The notes under the pieces: model-generated
Databases searched by the model: none
What the model saw: the letters and a program-made list of their open reading frames with translations, nothing else
What the model was told of the DNA's origin: nothing
DNA from: Pristiophorus japonicus
Taxonomy: Eukaryota
Assembly (NCBI RefSeq): GCF_044704955.1
Contig: NC_091982.1
Span: 167,462,001-167,526,000 of the forward strand
DNA length: 64,000 nt
Direction of reading: 5' to 3'
Shown here: piece after piece, positions 1 through 12,277 of the stretch
Layout: each line of letters begins with the position of its first letter
How positions within the stretch are numbered: position 1 is the stretch's first letter
Made by a program: the position numbers and the translations under genes

Positions 1-697
1 GAAGGTTGGCATGCAGGTACAGCAGGCGGTTAAGAAAGCAAATGGCATGTTGGCCTTCATAGCGAGGGGATTTGAGTACAAGGGCAGGGAGGTGTTGCTA
101 CAATTGTACAGGGTCTTGGTGAGGCCACACCTGGAGTATTGTGTACAGTTTTGGTCTCCTAACCTGAGGAAGGACATTCTTGCTATTGAGGGAGTGCAGC
201 GAAGGTTCACCAGACTGATTCCCGGGATGGCGGGACTGACCTATCAAGAAAGACTGGATCAACTGGGCTTGTATTCACTGGAGTTCAGAAGAATGAGAGG
301 GGACCTCATAGAAACTTTAAAATTCTGACGGGGTTAGACAGGTTAGATGCAGGAAGAATGTTCCCAATGTTGGGGAAGTCCAGAACCAGGGGACACAGTC
401 TAAGGATAAGGGGGAAGCCATTTAGGACCGAGATGAGGAGGAATTTCTTCACCCAGAGAGTGGTGAACCTGTGGAATTCTCTACCACAGAAAGTTGTTGA
501 GGCCAATTCACTAAATATATTCAAAAAGGAGTTAGATGAAGTCCTTACTACTAGGGGAATCAAGGGGTATGGTGAGAAAGCAGGAATGGGGTACTGAATT
601 TGCATGTTCAGCCATGAACTCATTGAATGGCGGTGCAGGCTAGAAGGGCCGAATGGCCTACTCCTGCACCTATTTTCTATGTTTCTATGTTTCTATG
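1..697 (+). mobile_element. CR1 LINE 3' end (RT C-terminus, 3' UTR, (TTTCTATG)n tail)
   Basis: ORFs 11-328 and 358-597 carry CR1 ORF2 motifs (LVRPHLEYCVQFWSP, RRMRGDLIET, FFTQRVVNLWNSLP), split by a 1-bp frameshift near 315; octamer-repeat tail ends at ~697. Confidence 0.95.
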
Positions 698-1230
698 ACC
701 CTTTACCTGCGGTAAGACCAACTCACTAAATGTGCTATTGACATCATTCTCAGCATCGTGCATGCTCCAGAGTGAATCCACCCGCAGCTCCAGTTCCACA
801 ACGCGGTTCGTCAGGAGCTGGAGGCGGATACACTTCCCGCACTCGTAGTCGTCAGGCGTCCCTGATTTCCGACATGGTACAGAAGGAGCATAACACGTGT
901 CCGAGCTCTCCTGCCATGACTTAACCCTTAGATTAACCTAATTGGGCAACAACAATGATAAAGGTTACTGAATGATGAAAGAAAAAGAAAAGTTACTTAC
1001 CAACCACTTACCCGCTTGGCTGTGACATCACCTTTCGATTTCTTTCTACTTCTTTTTGCCTTCTCCCTGTAGCCGCACAAGCACGCCTCAGCGACACACC
1101 TCCCGACTCTCTCCACGCACCTGGAACTCCCGAGCCTCACGGACGCGTTGGGCCTTTTTATAGGCCTCAGCGACGCACCTCCCGAGCTTCTCCACGCACC
1201 TGGACAAAGAATATGGCCTCGCCACCTGGC
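698..1230 (-). mobile_element. CR1 LINE 5' fragment (ORF1 zinc-finger N-terminus)
   Basis: Minus strand from ATG at ~918 reads MAGELGHVLCSFCTMSEIRD..., then in another frame CGKCIRLQLLTNRVVELELRVDSL, typical of the CR1 ORF1 start. Confidence 0.7.
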
Positions 1231-1259
1231 TGATGATTGCCGCCACCCTCCCCTCCGCA

Positions 1260-2842
1260 TGACACTCACACCGAAGCCGAGAAGCGATAGATCAACAGCC
1301 ACAGATCCACTCGCAATGTCGTCGAGAAAAGCATTGGAGTGCTGAAGTAGCGCTTTAGATGCCTGGACCACTCGAGAGGCGAGCTCCAATACCATCCTGA
1401 GCAGGTAGCTCAATTCGTGGTGGTGTGCTCCATGCTGCACAACTTGGCTATCAGGAGGGGACAAGAATTGCCTGAAGAGTCTGAAGTCTACCTCACCAGA
1501 GAGAAGATGAGGATAAGGAGGAGGTGGGTGCTGACATCAGCCCCGATAATCAGACTGAGGCTGAAGCCATGCCCTCGCCCCCCCACCACCCCCCCTGTAG
1601 ACCACCGAAAGGGCCCGTGGTGGCATCATAGCTGCAAGACCCTTGCGTCAGGAACTCATGAATGAGCACTTTACTTGAAAGAACATTGGTGGTATTTACA
1701 AAGCTGACAAACTGCTGGGTGTGTAGGTCATGCATCAATGGTGTGCATCACCTTGGTGACAGTTAAAGTTTAAGTTGATTCAAGTTAACTGTAATTATAC
1801 CCTTTCATGTTAAGGAATCACTAGTGTGTAACGGTGCAACTATCTGAGCCAATGCGTGAGAAGGTTATGTTAAATAAAAACAGTTAATCTGACCATTTGT
1901 CTGAAATCATAAGTTTATCTGTAAAAACCACCCCGTCCCTTGCCCCGACCCTCCCACCAAAATAGCAGCAGCAGCAACCTAAAAATATGTCCCAGACAAC
2001 ACTTACGGCCGTGCACCTCACTTTCCTTCCCCCACCCCCCACCCCCACCCCGACCCCCGCTTCTGCTCCTCACCTCTACCCCTTCCCCTTTCCCTCCTGA
2101 CTCCAAGCCGCCTGGCCGAGGAGCTCCTCAGGCATTGCTTCATTTGCAGGGGGGGGGGGGGAAGGAAGGAAGGAGAGAGGAGATGACGGCAGAACCGCTG
2201 CTTGGACAGATACAGGAGAGGACAGTTCCAAGGTGGGAACGTGCTCTGAGCCAGAGGCAAGATGTTGCTCCTGGCTCTTGTGCAGTTGGCAATGGGGTTG
2301 CGGCACCTTGGGGTGCAGTGCCGCGCTTCGGGACCACTAGGAGCCCTCTGCCACCAGTGTTCCTGGCTAACAGCTCCAGGACCTCCTCCATTCCTTCCAT
2401 GTTATGTATTATTTGTTGGACAAAAACTCAGTGCCAACTATGTGCTTGGTGCTTAGTAGGCTTTTTGTTACTGGTGAATCTCCCTCGTGCCTCCCACAAT
2501 AGCCAAATAAGCACACACCACACCCACACACACTTTCAGTCCCCCTCTGCTCCCTCTCTCTGTCTCCTCTTCTGCTCATGTAATAATGACCCCTGACCTC
2601 CTGAATTGCAGGAAACGAGCATTGCCATGCCATTGCTAAGAACGGCAACACTTTACGGCAGAAGATCAGACAGATTTAACATTAACGCCCATTTCAGATC
2701 GCTTGCGGTAATGCCCAATTTTTTAGACTAGGGGCTTTGAAAATGGGTGACAAGCCAACTATCTGAAAACCCATTTTTACCAACCATACTGGAAATAACG
2801 CCCATTATTGGGCGATCTGCACAACAGTGTAAAATCTAGCCC
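1260..2842 (+). mobile_element. PIF/Harbinger transposon remnant (transposase C-terminus and right end)
   Basis: ~1310-1450 translates TRNVVEKSIGVLK*RFRCLDHSRGELQYHPEQVAQFVVVCSMLHNLA (HARBI1-type DDE C-terminus); the end ...aaaatctagccc resembles the TIR ending at 53871. Confidence 0.85.
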
Positions 2843-3099
2843 TATATGTTAATGAGGGTCTTACCAGTCAGATAAGACGCCGAGGAATTTTAATGGCCTA
2901 CTACATGGCTCGACATCCCTGGTGAAATCTGTGGGACACCCAGTGGAGGCATTGAAAGATAAGTAAAACATTTTCTGGGCATCACAACTGGAGCTGACCT
3001 TGAGGTTACAGAGAGAAAAGGAGTTGCTGTCGAAGTGCTGCAACGGCAACTGATATGATTGCCATTCAATGGGATATGGTGTGTGTCCATGTCATGGCC

Positions 3100-6000
3100 A
3101 GGTGACTTGTTCTCTTTTTATTGTTGTAAACAACAATGGCTGCATCACAGTAGTCCACTGGGTGGAGCTATATATATTACACTTCTCCCTCCTTAATGAA
3201 GAAGTAAATATAACAAACAATCATCATACATAACTGATAAAAGCAAAATACTGAGGATGCTGGAATCTGAAATAAAAAATATTTCAGTCCGTAAGTATGA
3301 CCCTGAGCTTCCGGTCACCTGTCACTTTAATTCTCCACTCCACTCCCACTCTGATACCTCCGTCCTCAGACTCCTCCACTGTTCCAATGAAACTCAACGC
3401 AAGCTTGAGGAACAGCACCTCATCTTTCGTTTAGGCACTTTACAACCTTCAGGACACAACGAGTTCAACAATTTCAGAGCATAACCTCTGGCCATCTTTG
3501 GCTCCCTTTCCCTCATCCACCCCCCAACCTCTGCCCCCCCCCCCTCCCCATCTTATGTTTTTTCTTCTTTCTTCACTTTTTTTCTTTGTTTATAATGGCA
3601 GCTGGTCTTTACTATGCCATTCACCTTATCCAGATTAATCTTTTTCTAACTTTTGTCATTGCCATTTCAATTTGGCCCATCATCCCTTTTTTCTTTTTAA
3701 TCTCTCCTGCTTTCCACCCTATCACAGACCTTCCCTTTTGTCCTTCCTTCCGCTTTCAGTGCTTAAGAATGTGCTCTTTTCAAACATTTGGCAGTTCTGA
3801 TGAAGTTTTTCTCTCCACAGATGCAGCCTGACTTGTTGAGATTTCCATTATACATAACGTGGATGGTTATACATAATAAAGGAAACTGACTTATTTTGTC
3901 ATATTTACAGATCAAGCTTAACCACTTATGTTCTGTTTAGAAGAGGATACCTTCACTCTCGAACAGATCCTTCCAAACATGGTGTTGAATTTAAACTCAT
4001 TCTAGGCTAATCCTGAGGAAAATTTTCCTCCAAGGGATGCCCTTGATTTACATTTGAACTCTCTACAACATCAGACTGTTTGTCTGCCTGACTTGGACTC
4101 TGATTTAAATTAAGACTTTCTTTTGGACTTGTTGCAAGTACATTTGATGTAGGATATGCTACTGATACTCTACTTGTATCAAAACTATCTGATGAGTCAG
4201 AAATAATCGCATCATTCCAACTCCTTTCACATCTGTAGGTAAAATGATCAATGTGAACAAACCTAACCTGTCCATGACCAAACATCTTGACCAAATATGT
4301 GCAAGGACTACATATCTTCACATTCTTCTTGGTAACCAATTTAACCATTTATGGCGGTGGTTTTTCACTCTCCTTCTGATTTAATTTCATATTTCTCTCT
4401 TTTACTCTACCTCTACCATGATTCTCTTTCTATTTGAATTGTTTCTCTTCTATGGACTGTGCCAAGTATGGTTTTAACAAGAATCTGGTTTGTGGCTGTC
4501 ATTTGAAAAACAACTCTGCTGGTGTTCTACCAGTAGTAGTATGAGGAGTATTATGATACATAATTAGAAAATTAGCCAATTTGTGGTTCAATGACACCTG
4601 TCGTTTCTTTGAATTTTGATCCAACATCTGTTTGATGAGGGCATGTTTTATAATTTGTACTGTGCGCTCTGCTGCACCATTTGAAGCAGGGTGGTACTGG
4701 GGTTCCTTGATATGTTTCATATCATTTTTGCTCGTGAACTGCGTAAATAATTCTCAACAAAATTGTGGTCCATTATCAGAAACAATTTCTTAGAGGCCAA
4801 ATGAAGAAAATAATGTTTTACTTGTTGTTTTTCACATTGGAAACACCTCTACCCACTTCAATTGGCTACCAATCACAATGAACAATTGCTGTCCTTCTAG
4901 CTCGGCAAAATCGATACGTAATCTTTGCCACACTAGGCCATTTCCATGACTGCAATGGTAATGGCACTGATGGTGGTTTCCTGCTTACCGATTGACATGT
5001 TGCACACTGATTAAAGATGTACTTTATCTAGACCTGGCCATCATAAATTATGGTGTGCAAAACTCTTGGTCAAGCACATTCCCAGGTGCTGGTCATGAAG
5101 ATCTCCTAATAATTTGGACCTGAATTTATTTGGTATTAGCACTCTTGCACCCCACATGATACAATCTTTATTGACTGATCATTCATTCCTACGAATGAAG
5201 AATGGATGAATATCTTTGTTACCTGGTTTGGCCAGCTATTTGCGATGCAATCATACATCTTTGACATAACTGGGTCACGTTTGGTTGCTCTACCAATCTC
5301 TTCAGCTGTGACTGGCAGTTTATCAATGTATGAAAGATAGAACACTTCTTCCCTATTTGCTGTAACTTTTGATGGGGTAGGCAATCTAGACATAGCATCA
5401 GCATTACTGTGATCAGCTGATCTTCTGTAATCAATATTATATGTATATGCTGACAAAATCAAAGCCCATCTCTGCATTCGGGCTGTAGCTAAGGTTGGAA
5501 CTGTGGATTTGGATGGAGGATTGCTGTCAAGGGCTTATGGTCCATAACGATGGTAAACTTACAACCATACAAGTATTTGTGGAACTTCTTGACCCCAAAA
5601 ATTAATGCCAAAGCTTCCCTTTTGATTTGTACGTAATTACGCTTACTGGCATTGAGTGCGTGAAGCAAAAGCAATTGGTCTCTCCTCCCCACTAAGTAGT
5701 ACATGAGAGATCACTGCTCCAACTCCATACGGAGAGGCGCCACATGCTAGCTTCATCTCCTTCGATACGTCATAGTGAACTAACATGGTGCTCTCTACCA
5801 ACTGGCTTTTACACTCCTTGAATGCTGCGTCGCATTTTTCTGATCAATTCCAATGGACCTGTTTTTTCAACAGCTCATTCAGTGGATGTAACACTAGCCA
5901 AATTTGGTAGGAACTTCCCATAATAGTTCAAAAGACCCAAAAATGATCGCGGTTCAGTGATATTCTTGGGATTGGGTGCTTTTCTAATTGCTTTCAGCTT

Positions 6001-8212
6001 TCCCTTGATTGGATGTAAACCATCTTTGTCCACTCTGTGCCCTACATACTCCACTGAGTTTTGAAATAACTCACACTTGCGAGCACTCACTTGTACTCTG
6101 TGCTTCTCTAGCCTTTGGATGACTTCAGTCAATATGTTATGAATTTGCCTGTTTGTTGCTGAAATGACTGTCATCTAAATAACATACTACCCCTTCAATA
6201 CCTTGCAAAATCTGGTTCATCACCCCTTGAAATATGGCAGGGGTAGAAGACATTCCAAATGGTAACCTATTAAATTGACATAGGCCTGGATGAGTATTTA
6301 TAGTCAAGCATGCCTTGGACTCCTCATCCAGTTCAAGTTGTAAGGAGGCATTTGTAAGATCCAACTGTGAACATCTGTTAATGTTGTGAACAAATCTTCT
6401 ACATTTGGCAATGTATTGGGGGGATTACCCTCTGGAACCTGGTTTACAGTTACTTTATAATCACCACACAACCTTACCTTACCACCGGACTTGGGTAGAA
6501 CAACATGTGCAGTCCAATTACATAGATCCATCTCCGAGATAATGTTCTCAGTACAAGTCTTTTTAGTTCTTGCTCAACTTTCTCCTTGAGTGCATATAGT
6601 ATGGGACGTGGCTTACAGTAAACTGGTCTAGTGTCCTTCTGTACTCTGACACTTGCCTTGAAGCCTTGGATTGGACTGCCTGTTTCACCCAACACCTTCG
6701 GATAATTCTTGACATCATCCTTCCATGCAGATTTCGTTTCAACATGAAAAATCTCACTCCTATCTAGCTTCAGTGATCCCAATCAATTTCTTCCGAGTAA
6801 GGCAGGCTTGTCTCCTGCCATTACTGAGAGGCAAGCTCTTAAATTGATCCTTGTTATTCACTGGTACGGTGATACGACCTACCAAGGAATGCTCTCTCCT
6901 GAGTAGCCTCGCAGCTCTATCTTGGATCTCCAATTGGAAATCACACAATTTGTCGAGGTATAGAGATTCCTGAACTACGCTCATTGATACACCAGTGTCG
7001 ATTTCCATGGGTATCTTGGTTCCTGCAACATCCACGTGGATGATGATACTTTTCAAATCGCTGTTAGATACCCTCGTGCTCCTGCTGATGTGTATCTCTT
7101 CATCCTTTTGCATTTCTTCCACACTATATGTAGTCTCTACAGATTTCTACTTATAGCCTTGAAAGTTGGTTTACTGTTCAGTCGGCATGCCTTTGCAAGA
7201 TGCCCAATTTTCATGCAGAAGAAACACTGCTCAAAGTTGTCCATATATGAAAGCAATGTGTTGTCCCAGGCACCGATAGCATGACTTCAATGCACTGTTA
7301 TCATTGCCAGTGGGGCCCAACTGCCTTTGACTTTTAACCTACAGGCGATTCACCTCAATTGTGTGATGGAAATGGTAAGAAATTCTCGGGAATATTGGTC
7401 AGCCATGTCCGTTGACATCGCTCTCTGACAAGCTAAATCAAAAGTCAAGTTAGGAGTTGTCAATAACTTCTGCTCGCATGATTTTTCATTCCACAACAAA
7501 GGGATCACTCAAATGCTCGGTCCTAAAAGTTTCGGAAATGACACAATATACTCACTGATACTTTCGTCAATAAATTGATCCCATATTCTGAAACGCAATA
7601 TCCAGGTGCTCAGGAATATAGTGCTGTTCCAACTTAGCTAGAAGCTGCTTAAGTGATGTGTCCTTTGGCTTGACAAGCACAAGCACATTTTTCAGAGTTT
7701 CATACACCTCGGGTCCTGCTTCAGTTCAAAAAATATCCTGTTTTTGTTCCAACACCAGTTACGGTTTCCATCATTGGGGATTCAGTTATACTTTTCGCGG
7801 TGACAAACATTTCTAGCCACTTCACATACGTTCCGAAAGCCTCATGGTAGCGTTGAAACTCATCCAAGCACCCTATTATTCCCATAGGCACGGCCATCTG
7901 GACTCTGGCAGTTCAGTCAAGTGTGCTTGTAAATTATCTTGGATTTTTTAGCTGTTACTCAAAACAAAGAAGCTCTCAAAGTCTCTGTCAGTTGGTTGAA
8001 TCATCCACCAACAAAAATTTCAGCTAGGTTATCCAGAAATCCTATCCTTTGTCGTCAATGTGTAATATTCTGTATGACCTCACAAACACACAGGCTTTAA
8101 GATGGCTGATAACTTTAGGATCTTCTCAGGTGATCTGTTCCCTCTTTATTGTTGTAAACAGCAATGGCTGCATTACCACAGTAGTCCACTGGGTGGCGCT
8201 ATATATATTACA
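3100..8212 (-). mobile_element. Degenerate Gypsy/Ty3 LTR retrotransposon
   Basis: Fragmented gag, PR (IDTG), RT (YLDD), RNase H and integrase (PASNGAAER) in Gypsy order; 5' LTR 8061-8212 (TGTAATAT...ATATTACA) with a PBS-like site at ~8047-8059; partial 3' LTR ~3100-3181 with PPT at 3182-3194. Confidence 0.93.
3235..3849 (+). mobile_element. Penelope-like element fragment (GIY-YIG endonuclease C-terminus)
   Basis: ORF 3257-3484 PVTCHFNS...QRKLEEQHLIFRLGTLQPSG; flanked by ATACATAAC at 3226-3234 and 3850-3858. Confidence 0.85.
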
Positions 8213-8214
8213 AT

Positions 8215-9032
8215 AGTTTAAGTGAATGAATAAAACAGTGGCAGATGGATTGCAGCGCAGCTAGGTGTGAGGATCAAAACAGGATAGATCCGAGTATTTC
8301 TTAAATGTTGAAAAGCCAGGAAGAGTGGTGTTCCAAAGAGATTTAGGGGTCCATGCATACAGATAACTACAATGCACTAGTCAGGTACAAAAAATAATGT
8401 AAAAGTTTAACATAATGTTAGCTTTTATAACTAAAGGGCTAGAATATAAAGGGGATGATGTTTTGCTGCAGGTGCACAAAGCCCTGGTTAGACCAAATCT
8501 GGAGCACTGTGAACAGTTCTGGGCACTGTACTTTAGAAAGGATATATTGGCCGTGGAAAGAGTGCACTGCAGATTTGCCAGAATGTTACCAGATTTCCAA
8601 GGGTAAGATTATGAGGACCGATTACATAAACTAGGCTTGTACTCCCTGCGATATAGAAATTTAAGAGGTGATTTGACTAAGGATTTTATAAATTTTAAAG
8701 GAATTAATAGGGTAGATAGAGAGAAATGTTTACCGCTATTGGGGAATCTCGGGCAACTGGACATAACATTAAAGTCAGAAGAAACGTTAGGAAATACTTC
8801 CTCACACAAGGTGGTAGAAAAATGGAACTTACTCCCACAAAAAGCAATTGATGCTAGCTCATTTAATAATTTTGAAATATGAGATCAATAGATTTCTGTG
8901 AGACAAGGGTACGAAGGGATGTTGTGTCATTGCGGGTGGATGGAGTTAGGATACAGATCAGCTGTGATCCCATTGAATGGCAGAATAGCCTCAAAGGACT
9001 TAGCGGCCTACTCGTGTTCCTATGTTGCTATG
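8215..9032 (+). mobile_element. Old CR1 LINE 3' fragment
   Basis: Degenerate RT C-terminus (ALVRPNLEHCEQFW, NLRGDL) with CR1 3' UTR and tail. Confidence 0.9.
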
Positions 9033-9899
9033 CTTTGGGCCTTATATTGCCTCAGTGATGCATTTACCCAATAATTAGAGGAGAGGAGAACCAGCTTAAA
9101 CATGACATAGGAAGCAAGGTGTTAATATGGTTTCCTTGAAATATCACCTACAGTCATTTACAGTGGCCGATGGAAAGAGGGCAACCAATGAAAGAAAGTT
9201 ATAGTTGCCATGACATGCTCAGTGCTGAGACCCACCTCAGTGCACATTCCAAGTATGACCCACGGGAAATGGAAATTTCATACCTGAGCTTTGAGTGTGG
9301 ATAAGGCTCTTGCCACATCTAGATCAGAGGATCATACAAATATATCTAGCTGCTCAATCTGTCTATGTTCTCCTGAATTTGTTCACAGTTATCCACTTCA
9401 TCTGCAAATTTTGATATTATGCCTCCCACATCCAAGTCCATATCATGTTTAAGCTGGTTCTCCTTTCCTCTAATTAGTGGGTAAATGCATCAGAGGCCGT
9501 ATAAGGCCAAAAACATAGGAACGGGAGTAGGCAGCTACGTCCCTTGAGGCTGTTCTGTCATTCAATGAGATCATGGCTGATCTTTAAAGAGCATCGACCT
9601 CTGGGGGACATCACTGTCTGTATCTCCAGTCCAAACAAAATTCAATTAATCACTGATGGTCCTGTCTTTTAATCAACTTCTTATCATTGCTCTGTGTCAA
9701 TGTTTGCAGGGAGACCCTCACACAGTAAAATATTGCTGAATGATCAATTAAAATTTTGCTATTATTTCTGTCAATTCAGAAAATGAAAGCAATTTGAAAA
9801 AGTTTATATTAAAACTCAAAGCGCTGACCCAATGCAGAATTATTGATAACACAAGCATTTAGGGCAACTGTGATATCTCAGTTTGTAAGTACATTGCTC

Positions 9900-10150
9900 A
9901 GTGTGGAAGGTTCCAGGTTCAATCTCGGATCTGTGATGAATTAACCGACTGTAGTCGAGGAGGCCTTGGGTGCTGAACCTGGCCTCGCCAGGCAGGGCCT
10001 AGAAGAGGCTAAATCATGTGTTTGGTTCCTAGTTCAGATTATTATTCAGTACCGCCTTCAACAAAGTGTGCAAAGGTGGCCGTTGTGAGATCGATAGGAT
10101 TGGTTCAGTTGTGTTGCCTCCACAGCAGAATATTCTTTTGCAGCACACTG
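9900..10150 (+). mobile_element. Ancient tRNA-derived SINE-like relic
   Basis: B-box-like GGTTCAATCTCGG followed by degenerate SINE-like sequence; identified from recall only. Confidence 0.3.
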
Positions 10151-10669
10151 TGGATTGAATAGTTTGCCAGCTGTGGAACTGTAGTCATTCTCGAGTCAGA
10201 AGCTTGTCGAGGTTACTGAAGGGAATGATCCATAATGAGGCACATTATAGAAATTACAAATCAATTGCATTGAAAGTGATTGTACATAAAATGATGAATC
10301 AGCCCCTGTAAAGCTTAAGTAGTATTTAATATGGATTTACAACACTCTTCTTAACCAAATTAATCGTTTTGCTTTTCTGTTATATTTTCAGTGATCAATC
10401 TCAATCCTTATCAATATCAAACAACTGATACACTGGATGTTGTTATGGAATTATCTTCAACCATGGCTCATTCAGGCTACAAAACTTTGCCCTGTATTAA
10501 TTCTCTCCCTCTCCTTTTAAATTTATGGTCCCTTTAATCTTCAAATGGGGAAGGTTTCCTCTCTGCACGCATACAATAAAATTATGAACCTGTTTAGAAA
10601 CACTGAGTTTATGATCTATGTATACACAGGTGAAATCTGCCCACTTATCTGAGAATTGGGAAAACTTTA

Positions 10670-11228
10670 GGGCCCAAGTTTGGTGGACTTACCGTTGGCT
10701 GCCACAGAGCTTTCTCGGCGGTCTCCCTAGTTTCTGGGCCGTCTCCCCTCCGAGCGAGTTTGTTGTCCTCCCACCAGTAGGGAGAGAAGACCACTGGGGA
10801 GCATCCGCTGGCATGTGCCAGCGTGCAACGCCCACAAGAGTCCTCCTGCCCGCTGTGTCCGCAGTTTGATCCGGGCGATTCTCCGCTCCAGCAGGGGGAA
10901 AGACCGCCGCGTGGAGGCAGGTCTTACCTGAACGTTAAGCATGAAAACCTGCAAAGAAAGCTTAGTCCACTTTTTTTTAAATTCTTTTGCAGGGATTTAG
11001 ATGGATGGGTGTTTTTTTTAAATTGTTTTGAAATCTTTTTATTTTATCAGTTCTCCCCTTCCCTGGGCTGACTCTATCCTCAGCGGTACTTTGCCGAGGA
11101 TCGAATTTGCTGCCGGACGGAGTTTTCCACATTTTTTCATTAAACTTCCGCCCAAAGTACCATTTGAATCTTAGCGGTCCTGTGGACGGTACTTGTGCGG
11201 AACTTAGGCTTCACCAAACTCGGGGCCC
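10670..11228. mobile_element. Non-autonomous PIF/Harbinger-like MITE
   Basis: TIRs gggcccaagtttggtg / caccaaactcggggccc; TTA target-site duplication at 10667-10669 and 11229-11231. Confidence 0.85.
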
Positions 11229-12277
11229 TTAGGAACCAGCAAATTATGACCGAGACATTAATAAAAATGAAAAAATAAAATGAGAGTAAACTAGCAATAA
11301 ATATAAAACAGATTGTAAGAACTTCTACAAGTATGTAAAAATTAGGAGAGGAGCCAAAGTAAGCATTGGTTCCTTAGTGGCTGAGACAGAAGAAATTATA
11401 ATGGGGGAATAAGGAAATGGCAGAGACATTAAACAAATATTTCTTGTCTGTCTTCACAGTAGAAGACGCACAGAACATACCAAAAATAGTGGGGAACCAA
11501 AGGGCTAGAGTGAGGAACTTAAAATAATTAAGATCAGGTGAAAAAACGTACTTGAGAAACTAATGGGACTAAAAGCCGACAAATCCTCTGGACCTGATGG
11601 TCTACATCCTTGGGTTCTAAAAGAGGTGGCTGCAGAGATAGCAGATGCATTGGTTGTGATCTTTCAAAATTTCCTAGATTCTAGAATGGTCCCAGCAGAT
11701 TGGAAGGCAGCAAATGTAACCCTACTATTCAAGAAAGGAGGGAGAGAGAAAAGAAGGAACTACAGGCCCGTTAGCCTGACATCAGTTGTTGGGAAATTGT
11801 GGGAATCCATTACTAAGGAAGTGGCAACAGGACACTTAAAAAATCATATGATTAGGCAGAGTCAACATGGTTTTATGAAAGGGAAGTGGTGTTTAATTAA
11901 TTTATTGGAATTTTTTGAGGGTATAACTAGTAGAGTAGATAAAGGGGAACCAGTGGATGTAGTATATTTGGATTTCCAAATGGCATTTCATAAGATGCCA
12001 CATAAAACGTTGTTACCAAAGAGAAGGGCTCCTGGGGTTGGGGGTAATATATTAGAATGGATGGATGAAAATGGATCAGGCTATAATTAGCAGAGTGTCG
12101 CAAGAATCAGTGCTTGGGCATCAACTATTTACCATCGATATTAATGACTTAGATGAAGAGACCAAGTGTAATGTATCCAAGTTTGCTGACGATACAAAGG
12201 TAGGTGCGATTGTAAGCTGTGAGGAGGACACGAAGAACCTGCAAAGGGATATAAACAGGTTAAGTTAATGGGCAATA

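Noticed and set aside
2865-3000. Minus-strand exon-like segment (VSSSCDAQKMFY...) with a gtaag donor
   Set aside because: Isolated between TEs, with no recognisable homology or partner exons.
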